Source: Candidatus Saccharimonadota bacterium (GTDB lineage: Bacteria; Bacteroidota; Bacteroidia; Cytophagales; Amoebophilaceae). From it: a stretch of 32,000 nucleotides of DNA. The notes under the pieces are model-generated. The model saw only the letters and a program-made list of their open reading frames with translations, had not been told where the DNA came from and made no database searches. The first letter of the stretch is position 1, and every line of letters starts with the position of its first letter. The DNA is taken from NCBI RefSeq assembly GCF_965196625.1, contig NZ_OZ239769.1, positions 210,001 through 242,000 on the forward strand. The letters are read 5' to 3'. Below, in pieces: positions 17,833 to 28,377 of this stretch. Position numbers and translations under genes: made by a program.

Positions 17833-19164
17833 GAGCCTGTAAATTATTTTGTGTAAGTGCCGTTTTTTAGGAGAATCTTCCCTCAAATTCGATAGCGAAT
17901 CGATTCAGAGCCGCTCTCCAATCATGTAAAGACATAGTCCACTTTTGTGATGCCTTCTGTATGGCTAAATATACTACTTTTAATGCAGATTGGTCATTAG
18001 GAAAAATTTTACGGTTATTGATAGATTTTCTAATAACGCTATTGAGTGATTCAATGGCATTGGTCGTATAAATAATTTTTCGTATTTCATCAGGATAGTC
18101 AAAAATAGTTATAATGTTGCTCCAATTTTTATGCCATGAACGACTAATAGCTGGATATTTTTTATCCCATTTTTCACTAAAAATAAGAAGTGCTTCTTCC
18201 GCTTGCTCAAGAGAAATAGCGCGATAAATAACTTTAAGATCCGATGCGACGGACTTCATGTCCTTATAGGGTACATAACGTAACGAATTACGAATAAGAT
18301 GAACAATGCATAACTGAATTTTGGTTTTTGGAAATACTGTATTAATAGCATCTGGAAATCCGGTTAATCCATCAACACAAGCAATAAAAATATCCTTAAT
18401 GCCACGATTATTTAACTCAGTTAATACTGAGAGCCAAAATTTTGCACCTTCGGTTTCTGCTATCCACAAACCAAGTAATTCTTTTTGCCCTTGACAATTA
18501 ATGGCTAATGCCAAATAAATTGATTTGTTGATTACGCGTTTATCTTGATGACACTTGATAACGATACAATCTAAATACAATATGGGATATACTGTTTCTA
18601 ATGGACGATTCTGCCAAACAGTAATCTCCTCAATAACAGATTCAGTTACTTTCGAAATTAAACTGTGTGATACCTCTGTACCATACAGCTCTTTGAATGT
18701 ATCTGAAATATCTCTGGTAGTCATCCCTCTAGCATAAAGAGCCAAAATTTGTTCATCAAATTCAGTGAAGCGAGTTTGCCCTTTGCGAATGATTTGAGGA
18801 TCGAACGTGCTGTTTCGGTCACGTGGCGTATTAATTTCCATTTCGCCAAAATCACCCTTTAATCGCTTAGGAGAGTAACCATTACGGCTATTTCCCGTGT
18901 TCCTGCCTTCTATAGCATGCTTTTCATAGCCAAGATGATCCTCTAATTCTGCATCCATAGCACGTTCTACCGTGATTTTTAATAGTTGCTTGCTGAGAAT
19001 AGCTAAATCTTTTTCACTCTTAATAGACTTCGACAATTCATTTAGTAGATTTGGATCTATATTTATTTGTTGTTGTTCCATTGCTTATGACTCATTTATA
19101 ACTAACGATTTAATCCGTTAGATTAGTTAATAATAAGCATTTACACAATTTTATTTACAAACTC
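17833..19164 (-). mobile_element. IS256-family insertion sequence (1332 bp)
   Basis: Imperfect 28-bp terminal inverted repeats (17833-17860 gagcctgtaaattattttgtgtaagtgc vs the reverse complement of 19137-19164, 22/28 identical). It carries a single mutator-type transposase gene and is flanked by an 8-bp direct repeat. Confidence 0.9.
17867..19081 (-). CDS. IS256-family (mutator-type) transposase
   Basis: 404 aa; ...LYLDCIVIK...ACVDGLTGFPDAINTVFPKTKIQLCIVHLIRNS... is typical of the family. It appears intact. Confidence 0.92.
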   Translation of the reverse strand: MEQQQINIDPNLLNELSKSIKSEKDLAILSKQLLKITVERAMDAELEDHLGYEKHAIEGRNTGNSRNGYSPKRLKGDFGEMEINTPRDRNSTFDPQIIRKGQTRFTEFDEQILALYARGMTTRDISDTFKELYGTEVSHSLISKVTESVIEEITVWQNRPLETVYPILYLDCIVIKCHQDKRVINKSIYLALAINCQGQKELLGLWIAETEGAKFWLSVLTELNNRGIKDIFIACVDGLTGFPDAINTVFPKTKIQLCIVHLIRNSLRYVPYKDMKSVASDLKVIYRAISLEQAEEALLIFSEKWDKKYPAISRSWHKNWSNIITIFDYPDEIRKIIYTTNAIESLNSVIRKSINNRKIFPNDQSALKVVYLAIQKASQKWTMSLHDWRAALNRFAIEFEGRFS

Positions 19165-19172
19165 GAAAAACA
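19165..19172. repeat. Target-site duplication (right) of the IS256-family insertion
   Basis: gaaaaaca, identical to 17825..17832. Confidence 0.85.
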
Positions 19173-20309
19173 AAAAATCTTCCTACTACTTTTTTTAAAG
19201 TTTCTTATCTCCTTTGTTTACTCCATTTTAGCGGCACTTAAAGACACGGTTATCGTTACAGCTAGCTGCTCTGCTGCTAACGTTATCCCCATTGTAAAAG
19301 GCTCCATTATTTTCCCTATTTCAATAGGGGTGCTGGTGCTATACACAAAACTCAACAATTACTTAAAACAATCTACGCTCTTTTATGCCACCGTCCTCTT
19401 TTTTTAGCCCTTATTCTTTTATACGGCTTTGTTTTATACCCTAATGCAAGTAAGGTAAGTCCTCATGCGATGGCAGATTGGCTAAGTAGGCATACGGATG
19501 GGCAATGGTTGCATTGGATTACGCTATTCCGCCATTGGATTCACATACTATTTTTTATGGTTGCAGAACTTTGGGGACAAGTAACACTTATGTTACTCTA
19601 TTGGAGTTTTGTAAATAATCTTTGTAAGATTCAAGAGACCAAACGATTCTATGCTATTTTAATTGCTGCAGGAGATGTCGCACTGATTATTACAGGACCA
19701 CTGGTCTTATCTTACACTAAAAAGTATAGCCAAAGTGACTTTTTATACACGATACAAGCATTAATAGGCTATGTTGCTTACTCCTGCTTAGCCATTCTAT
19801 TTACCTACTGGTTTACCAATCATATTATAAATCCAGATGTGACTGGCATAAACCGTAACGTCACTTCTCCCGATCAACCACTACATCTATCCCTCTGGGC
19901 GAGCCTAAAGCATGTGACCACTTCCCGGTATTTAAGAAATATAACCACTATAGTGGTTGCCTGTGGACTCTCTATAAATATGGTAGAAGGGACTTGGAAA
20001 TCTTATCTAAAAGAAGCTTTTCCCAAAGCAGTAGATTATCAAAGTTTTGTATCAACGATTAATTTTTGGACAGGGATCACTGCCCTAATCATCTCTCTTT
20101 TCTTTAGTGGGGGTATTCTGAGAAAATTTGGCTGGAAAACAACTGCACGCATTGCACCAGCAATCATTGGAATTATGGGTATCCTCTTCTTTTTAATGAG
20201 TTATAGTAAACATCATGCTCCCTGTTTAACCAATTGGATGGGCGCTAAGTTAGTCCTATACATAGTGATCTTTGGTGGCATCCATAATATAGCAGCGAAA
20301 TCCCTAAAA

Positions 20310-21104
20310 ATGAAATAGATGCTATCGGCCCTAAAGGGAAACAGAAAGACGCCACACCAATAGATCTCCAACAAGAAACCATATCCAGTATTGTTGGCGC
20401 ACACTATGGCTATTTGGAGTATATGGTGCATGAACCTAACAAAGAAGCTAGTATCCTACTGGTATTGCCTAATGATGTCACCGATATTCTAAGCAAGATA
20501 ACGGCTGCACTACCCCTAGATTGCTTAATCTTAGAGACCTCTGTCACCCCTAAGGAGCAAGCCGATTCCATGATGACCTTAATGCAGTTCCATGACTATG
20601 TTTGCAAATCTTCTCATAACATGGATCCTATTGATGTAGGCACCATTTCGGGTTTGCTTTTATTGCTGCGAAAGCACTTTGGCTTTAAGCGGCATGCATC
20701 CGGTCAACTGTTTTATGTACGGGCCGTAGGGAATTGCCGAATTGGTAGTAGAATGGGTCTTTCACTCGCCTAAAGTGATTTATGCCGCTTTGCTATATGA
20801 ATTGGTGCGCTATACTTGCTTGCCCCTTTCTTATATCAAAGAACATTACAATTTAGGCGTTTATGCTTTTGTTTTAAATATAAAAAGGATAGATAAACGC
20901 CAAGAGCTAGACCATCCTTCTTTGCTACACGTACAGAATCGATTGAAAGAAGCCATTAAGGAAGAACACATACAGCTTTCCGTGCTTTTCATCAAACTGG
21001 CCGAACGGCTCTATGATTTACGCCATACAGCCGGTTACATCCATCTCACAGAGGTACAACATATGGCACAAGAAACGCTGGCTATAGATGTTAAATTAGC
21101 TTAG
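20310..21104 (+). pseudogene. Fragment C of the symporter-fusion family (end of HK-like module + SpoT-HD-like domain), frameshifted and truncated at both ends
   Basis: Aligns to paralog A at ~2712-3500. A 1-nt insertion near 20737 (gtagggAattgcc) splits it into ORFs 20414..20773 and 20742..21104. It ends at ...AIDVKLA, before the family C-terminus. Confidence 0.85.
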
Positions 21105-21232
21105 CCCGTGCAGAAAGTTTTTCTGAAAAAATTTTACTTACAGAGATTGGGTATTTAGGTTTATCTTTAGATTGTGTAATTAATAGAGAGCTAAAGGATA
21201 ATTCTGTAGTCCATAGCTCGTTATCTTCTAGA

Positions 21233-21820
21233 ATGTATTTAGAAGATAATAGTTGGGAATTAGCTGAAAATTATTCACCTAGAAATTTAGCTTTCAAACC
21301 AATACAGAAAATTATTTATTTATATAATAATTTTCTGGAAAACATATCAGAAATAAGTGACTTAGTAGATTTATCGAGTCATTACGTTCCTACGCCCCAG
21401 GATGCTATTTCAATTATTAGTAAAAATAGCAAATGGGAGGATGTGGTATCAATTGCTAATACTACTATTATTCAATATTTAGATGAAGTTTTGCCCGACA
21501 ATGTTAATAAATTTATTATAATACCGGACGTTAATAATAAAGGCTTACTTGTAGAATACTCTAAAGAATGGGCAGATTGGCAAGACTTAGAAAATGCTCA
21601 GATAGAAAATTGTCAGAATAATAAAATATCATGCGTTCCTATAGAAGCTCTGTATTTACATTTATGCCTGCTAATAGAAGAAAGTAGAGAGTCGTATAAT
21701 AAAAATAATAAATTGCTTTGCACCAATAACGTAGATACGAAAGTAGATTTACCTTGTGATAATAAAGTTGATTTATTGAGTGACCTAGATGGTTATACAG
21801 AAGATTATTATCTACAATAG
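21233..21820 (+). CDS. Hypothetical protein (orphan, very AT-rich)
   Basis: A 195-aa ORF in sequence of ~20-30% GC, where long ORFs are unlikely by chance. I recognise no motif. The frame is also open some way upstream of the ATG. Confidence 0.5.
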   Translation: MYLEDNSWELAENYSPRNLAFKPIQKIIYLYNNFLENISEISDLVDLSSHYVPTPQDAISIISKNSKWEDVVSIANTTIIQYLDEVLPDNVNKFIIIPDVNNKGLLVEYSKEWADWQDLENAQIENCQNNKISCVPIEALYLHLCLLIEESRESYNKNNKLLCTNNVDTKVDLPCDNKVDLLSDLDGYTEDYYLQ

Positions 21821-21850
21821 AAGCTCTAATATTAAAGAAAAAGAACTAAC

Positions 21851-23130
21851 ATGAGAATATCGCATTTTCCTTTACCATCTTGGCGACGTGATGGTAAATA
21901 TAATCTTGAGAATATCAACAGGTTATTAGAAATTCTTGATAATCCTCATCTAAAATTACCCCCAGTAATTCATATAGCTGGAACAAATGGCAAAGGGTCA
22001 AGTGTAGCAATGCTAAAAAGTATCTTTGCTGCTAGTGGTTATAACGCCCATACCTATACTTCTCCGCATTTGTTGGAATTTAATGAAAGGATAGTCTTAA
22101 GAGGAGAAAAGATTTCAGATTCTTATTTATTTGATGTTTGTGAAAGAGTAAGAATTGCTTGCAATGATAATAATATTCAGCCTAATTTTTTTGAAGGTAC
22201 AACGGCTATAGCATTTTTAGCTTTTGCTGAAACTGCCGCTGATGTATTAATTCTAGAAACTGGATTGGGGGGAGATTAGATGCCACAAATGTTGTGCCAA
22301 AACCACTTATTACTTTAATTACTCCTATTTCTTATGATCATATAGAATATCTTGGTAATAGCTTACCAGAGATTGCGAGGGAAAAAGCAGGAATTATTAA
22401 ACCTAATATTCCTTGCGTTATTAGTTGTCAAGTTGACAAAGTATATCAAGTGTTATTGGATAAATGCCAGGAATTAAATTCTCCTTCTTTTTGTTATGAA
22501 TATGATTTTGGACTTAAGAAACACATAGATAGTTTTAATTATTTATCTCAAAATGCTAATTATCGATTTTCTTTACCATCGCTACTAGGTGATCATCAAC
22601 TAATAAATGCTGCTGCTGTAATTGCAACAATAGGGTTGATTAATGATAAATTCAAGATTGCTAACCAAAATATTGAAATTGGCTTACAGAATATAGATTG
22701 GGGAGCTCGAATTGAAAAAATAAATCCTAAAAAATACAGTCATTTAGCTGATGATCATGTGCAGATTTGGTTAGATGGAGCTCATAATAGTGGTGGAGCT
22801 CAAGTGCTTTCAACATGGGTTGCTGATAATTTAAAATCACCAATATATTTAATTTTAGGGATGACAAAAAATAGAAATGTTGAAGATTTTTGTTCTTATT
22901 TAAAACCGTTGATAGTTAAGGGATACAGTGTTAGGGTTTTATCTGAAGTCATGAGTTATAATAGCGAAACGTTAAGTGCAAAAACCACTGCTACTGGTAT
23001 TGAGTTTCTTCCAGCAGATTCTTTAGAAGAGGCAATTAAAGCAATTAATGATTTAAAACAGTGCAATACTAACATAATTATAACTGGTTCGTTATTTTTA
23101 GCGGCAGATTTTTTGAAATTGATCAGTTGA
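21851..23130 (+). pseudogene. folC: Folylpolyglutamate synthase/dihydrofolate synthase FolC with a single frameshift
   Basis: P-loop HIAGTNGKGS and TSPHLLEFNERI are present. ...ETGLGG stops at 22277-22279, and the expected continuation RLDATNVVPKPLITLITPISYDHIEYLG...EKAGIIK lies in the next frame from 22276. One missing base near 22273-22274 accounts for this. Confidence 0.85.
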
Positions 23131-23197
23131 TGATTAAGCAAATTTAAATTATGTGTTGCGCGGGGATCCTTAAATAAGGTACGAGGTGATTATCTAG

Positions 23198-23734
23198 AAA
23201 CGCTTTAATACGCACGATATATTGCAAAATATACAAACACGGAAAAAGTTGATGATGCACATCAGGTTAAAATAGCCAGGTGGACACCTTAGTATTGGGT
23301 TTATTAGCTATGATATTAACTGTAGTAGTCAAGATTTATTAAAATTAACGTATTGGGTCCTCGATTGTGTTGTACCTATTATAGCTGCCCCTTTTATATT
23401 AGCTATCTTTGGTTTCCGAGGAACTTCCCGTACTGCTTTAATTGGTATGACTACAGGCATGGCAACTATGCTAGCTTGGAACAGGTGGATTCTACCTTCA
23501 ACAGGGATGAATGGGTCCTTCCTTTCTCCTGTAGCCAATACCTTAGCCATGATGGCTGCCCACTATCTACTGAAACAGCCGGAAAGTGCAGGGTGGGTTG
23601 GTCCAGATGATCAGTTTAAACAATTGCAGCAAGTAAATGCGCGCAAAAGAGCAGAACGAAAAGAAACCATTAAAAATGGCTGGGCCAATAGAAAAGCCAC
23701 TTTGGCTAAGTTAGTACCCAGCCATATTATAATA
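23198..23734 (+). pseudogene. Fragment D of the symporter-fusion family (end of SSS domain + conserved linker)
   Basis: Aligns to paralog A at ~1030-1575, with secure homology from 23209. It has at least two 1-nt deletions (an A5 vs A6 run at ~23244; ggacacc vs ggaccacc at ~23283). A 12-nt patch is replaced by IS-end sequence, and the fragment abuts the IS481-family element. Confidence 0.85.
23321..23338 (+). repeat. Solo copy of the first 18 nt of the IS481-family terminal repeat
   Basis: tgtagtagtcaagattta is identical to 23735-23752. The last 8 nt (aagattta) are native to the symporter gene (compare 1180-1187). Confidence 0.7.
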
Positions 23735-24923
23735 TGTAGTAGTCAAGATTTAATCTTACAGGCAGCAAAAAAATTAGACTTTAAAATTGTCAGTTAAGTC
23801 TAACTTGTCAGATATCTTTTTAAGATACGCGATTTGATTATTTTTTTCAAGGACTAGCTTTTTACTATCTTCCCAGGTTTGTATAGGTGTTTTGCCGTAA
23901 CAATACTTTCCAGAATGCGGTCTCTCATGATTATAGTAACGTAACCAGCTATCTAAATCCTCTTGCAAATCATCTAGGCTTGTATAGATCTTCTTACGCA
24001 TAGCTGTATCAAAGAATTCCTGTTTCATGGTTTTGTTAAATCGTTCACAGAACCCATTGGTTTGCGGTGAATAGGCTTTAGTGACCGTATGTTCTATACC
24101 TTCTATACTTAAAAACAACTTAAAAGCATGATGTTCTATTGTGCCTTTATACTCTGTACCACGATCTGTTAGTATACGTAATATAGGTATGTTTTGATCT
24201 TGATAAAAAGGTAGTATCCTATCATTTAACAGATCGGCAGCTGTTAGAGCCGTCTTATCAGTGTAAAGTTTTGCGTTTGATAATCTAGAATAACTGTCTA
24301 TAAATACTTGCGTGTAAACTTTTCCTATACCTGTAAAGTTACCCACATAATAAGTATCTTGACAACCTAAGTAACCAGGATGCTCTGTATCTATTTCTCC
24401 ACATGTTTCTTGTTCGTTTCTACGTTTTTCCAGTGCTGCTAGCTGGGATTCAGTTAGAACAAGACCATCTTGAGCCATTTTAGCTTCTAAAGCCCTAAGA
24501 CGTTTCTTTATATTGTTTAAGTCATTGCGCAACCAGATAGATCTTACACCACCAGGAGAAACAAGAATACCCTCTTTTTTCAACTCGTTGGATACCCTAA
24601 GCTGACCATAGGCTGGATAGCCTATGGACATATCTACCACTGATTTTTCTATGCTAGGATCTACTCTATTAGCTAGAATAGGCTTCTTACGGATTAGCTC
24701 ATATAGCGCTTCTTGACCGCCTGTTTCGTACAAAGACTTAAAACGGTAGTAGCTATCTCTGCTATAGCCAATACTTTTACACGCTGAGGATATGTTCCCT
24801 AAGGTTTTAGCTAATTCTAATAAGCCTAATTTCGGCTTAATGATTTTTTGATGTAAGTTCATAGTAGTTAGTATTTATATCATTACAATTTAACAATTGT
24901 AAGATTAAATCTTAACTACTACA
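23735..24923 (-). mobile_element. IS481-family insertion sequence (1189 bp)
   Basis: 26-bp terminal inverted repeats tgtagtagtcaagatttaatcttaca (23735-23760) and the reverse complement of 24898-24923, 25/26 identical. No flanking direct repeat is visible. Confidence 0.88.
23774..24862 (-). CDS. IS481-family DDE transposase (HTH + rve integrase core)
   Basis: 362 aa with candidate DDE residues in QDTYYVG, LTDRGTEY and NGFCERFNKT, and the C-terminal YNHERPHSG motif. Confidence 0.9.
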   Translation of the reverse strand: MNLHQKIIKPKLGLLELAKTLGNISSACKSIGYSRDSYYRFKSLYETGGQEALYELIRKKPILANRVDPSIEKSVVDMSIGYPAYGQLRVSNELKKEGILVSPGGVRSIWLRNDLNNIKKRLRALEAKMAQDGLVLTESQLAALEKRRNEQETCGEIDTEHPGYLGCQDTYYVGNFTGIGKVYTQVFIDSYSRLSNAKLYTDKTALTAADLLNDRILPFYQDQNIPILRILTDRGTEYKGTIEHHAFKLFLSIEGIEHTVTKAYSPQTNGFCERFNKTMKQEFFDTAMRKKIYTSLDDLQEDLDSWLRYYNHERPHSGKYCYGKTPIQTWEDSKKLVLEKNNQIAYLKKISDKLDLTDNFKV

Positions 24924-25023
24924 AAATAAAAAGTGGTAAAATGCTCCATAATCTGAAGAGGACCTCTCCTTTTTAAAGCGGATTGATTATATTGCAACTG
25001 ATCAACTACTCAAACCAATCACT

Positions 25024-25326
25024 ATGATTCAGAAAGAACAAGTCATAGAAGCCATTAAACAAGTTTATGATCCAGAAATACCGGTAGACATCTACGAACT
25101 AGGGCTTATTTACGACATTACCATTTTACCACTCAATAACATTGAAATTTTAATGACCCTTACCTCTCCTAATTGTCCAGCGGCTGATATTATACCCAGT
25201 CAAGTCGAAGAAAAAATTAAAGCAATAGAGGAAGTACACGAAGTAACGGTACATCTTACCTTTGACCCCCCTTATACAATAGACCGAATGTCTGAAGCAG
25301 CTAAATTAGAACTGGGATTTGCTTAA
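25024..25326 (+). CDS. sufT: DUF59/SufT-like Fe-S assembly protein, copy 2 (nucleotide-identical CDS)
   Basis: A line-by-line comparison with 7433..7735 shows no difference over 303 nt. Confidence 0.8.
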   Translation: MIQKEQVIEAIKQVYDPEIPVDIYELGLIYDITILPLNNIEILMTLTSPNCPAADIIPSQVEEKIKAIEEVHEVTVHLTFDPPYTIDRMSEAAKLELGFA

Positions 25327-25385
25327 GCAGAGCTCCCACTTGATCTATCTTATGGTATATCTTTTATTTTTCTTCTGTTTATGCA

Positions 25386-25516
25386 ATGGCCCAAAATAAT
25401 TATAAAGTTCAATCAGATACACCCCCAAAAAAAGGGACATCCAATCGACCTGTATTTGACCAACGCATCAAAATAACCATTGGTTTTTTGCTACAGGGGT
25501 TAGTATTTTTCTAGCC
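25386..25516 (+). pseudogene. ftsK: 5' fragment of ftsK (~43 codons)
   Basis: Copy of 7793-7924 with a 1-nt deletion (cagggg vs caggggg). It ends at the junction with the proS duplicate. Confidence 0.85.
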
Positions 25517-26729
<1,213 letters not shown>

Positions 26730-27053
26730 TCTAAAAAACGAACGAGCAGCCCGTCACGCCATAGCGTAGACATGCCTATTTGGCCTTGCAATCCCTAAGG
26801 TTTACCTTGCCTCTATGATCACCCATAGAGCGGTAAGCTCTTACCTCACCTTTTCACCCTTACGCTCTGTATTACAGAGAGCGGTTTGTTTTCTGTGGCA
26901 CTTTCTGTCATATAAAATATATGCCTTCCCGTTAGGAAGTAGGGTGCTCTGCATTGCCCGGACTTTCCTCTTTGACTTTTACTAAAGGCCAAAGCGACAA
27001 GCCGGCTTGTCTTTCATATCTGTTCAAATCAATGGTAAAAAATGAATTTTTAT

Positions 27054-27081
27054 GTTACTTTTTTCTTGATAAAGAAGTAAC
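27054..27081 (-). terminator. Possible terminator hairpin downstream of lepB
   Basis: On the minus strand, the 7-bp stem gttactt/aagtaac with a 14-nt loop is followed some nt later by a T-run. The signal is weak. Confidence 0.3.
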
Positions 27082-27119
27082 CAAAAATCAAGCGCTGATG
27101 AAAAAAGCTGCTGTAAGCA

Positions 27120-28226
27120 CTAATCTACAACATGAAACAACCTATTCCAACGCATACCACTAAAAAAAGATTTGCTTCTATCCGAAGACAACAAGACCAT
27201 CACCGCCTTACCGACCATATAATCCTCCGGAATAAAGCCAACGAATCGAGAGTCACCAGATTGATCACGATTGTCTCCCATCGTAAAGTAATAATTTCTA
27301 CAAAAAGTATAGTTGGCTACTTCCTGACCATCTATCCAACATGCGGTTTTAGTAAACCGAATATTCTTTTTCCCCTCAAATCTTTTGATTGTAGGGCCAT
27401 ATAATAGAATATTTTGTGCATTTATAGGAATAACCATGCCCTTTTTAGGCACCTGAAGGGGGCCAAAATTATCTTTCGTCCACTTCAAAACAGGGCTAAA
27501 AGCATAAAAACTGGGCTCCGAAACGCCTGCTTCATCTTCTACCGGATCTACGGACTGTATATAGGTAGGCAGCACAGTAGTCAATTGTTTCACCTTCGCG
27601 GGTGTAGTATAAATGGTATAGCCCTCACGACCCGGAACAGTAGACCGAACATGGCTTTTGATATCATTTTTTTCAAAAAAAACAGGCGTTAAAATGCGCT
27701 TGGTTTTCATAAAATAACAATATTGCACGCTATCTGCTGGATCAACTGGTGCATGGTTTACATAGAGTTGCTTATGGGTTATCTGGACCCAATCACCAGG
27801 AATCGCGATGCAACGCTTAATCCAATACTCACGCAAATCAGGCGGCTCATGGCCCACTGGGGTATTAAAAACAACAATATCATTGCGTTTGATCTGACTC
27901 AACCCAGGCAAACGATATTGAGGCAATTCAATCCAATCCAGATAAGCAGGAATCTTTGTACCTGGAATGGTTTGATGGGTAATGGGAATTTGCAAGGGTG
28001 TAGCGGGTGTACGGGCGCCATAGTGGATCTTACTGACCAACACAAAATCACCCGGTAAAAGCGTTGGCTCCATGGAGCCAGAAGGTATCACGTAGAGCCC
28101 AATCACCATCCAACGGATTAAAGCAGCTGCCATAGCGGCAAAAAAAACAGAACTGACCCAATCCCGAATGGTACCTACAGCTGAACCAACGCCTGTCTGT
28201 TTTTTAGCTGAAAAAGAAGCCTTCAT
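27120..28226 (-). CDS. lepB: Signal peptidase I
   Basis: 368 aa with an N-terminal TM, the catalytic Ser box IPSGSMEPTLLPGDFVLV, the Lys box, and GDNRDQSGDSRFVGFIPEDYMVGKA. Confidence 0.93.
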   Translation of the reverse strand: MKASFSAKKQTGVGSAVGTIRDWVSSVFFAAMAAALIRWMVIGLYVIPSGSMEPTLLPGDFVLVSKIHYGARTPATPLQIPITHQTIPGTKIPAYLDWIELPQYRLPGLSQIKRNDIVVFNTPVGHEPPDLREYWIKRCIAIPGDWVQITHKQLYVNHAPVDPADSVQYCYFMKTKRILTPVFFEKNDIKSHVRSTVPGREGYTIYTTPAKVKQLTTVLPTYIQSVDPVEDEAGVSEPSFYAFSPVLKWTKDNFGPLQVPKKGMVIPINAQNILLYGPTIKRFEGKKNIRFTKTACWIDGQEVANYTFCRNYYFTMGDNRDQSGDSRFVGFIPEDYMVGKAVMVLLSSDRSKSFFSGMRWNRLFHVVD

Positions 28227-28377
28227 TCGTACGATTTGTTATAATAATAGCCACACCATAAATGATTAAGGTATAAGGTACAATATAATATACTATTGCC
28301 AATTTTGCTAAAAAAAGGCCATTATGCTTCTATTGCGTCAACTTAAGGTGTTACTGGCCGCCAATAAAAACAGCTTA

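Larger units (their letters stand above)
17756..20309 (+). pseudogene. Nucleotide transporter (NTT, ATP/ADP translocase family) pseudogene: IS-interrupted, frameshifted, 3'-truncated
   Basis: 17756-17832 encodes MAQYISLSWFKKWLQVVFPIKKEEK. After the IS, reading resumes at 19173 with ...ALKDTVIVTASCSAANVIPIVKG...YTKLNNYLKQSTLFYA. There is a frameshift in the T7 run at 19399-19405. The gene then continues as ORF 19470..20318 and ends at ~20309 against unrelated sequence. Confidence 0.85.
24925..25516 (+). repeat. Segmental duplication of 7334..7924 (sufT with leader + first ~130 nt of ftsK)
   Basis: Collinear, with about 5 differences seen by eye, all outside the sufT CDS. Confidence 0.9.

Noticed and set aside
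20213-20431. 72-aa minus-strand ORF spanning the NTT/fragment C junction
   Set aside because: It is antisense to two recognisable gene remnants and crosses a recombination joint, so it is most likely a chance ORF.
23329-23797. ORFs 23329..23550(-), 23353..23610(+) and 23447..23797(+) in fragment D
   Set aside because: These are pieces or shadows of a frameshifted symporter fragment. The last one reads through into the IS terminal repeat. They are not independent genes.
26954-27163. 69-aa plus-strand ORF
   Set aside because: It lies antisense over the 5' part of rnpB and the lepB 3' end, and has no recognisable protein features.
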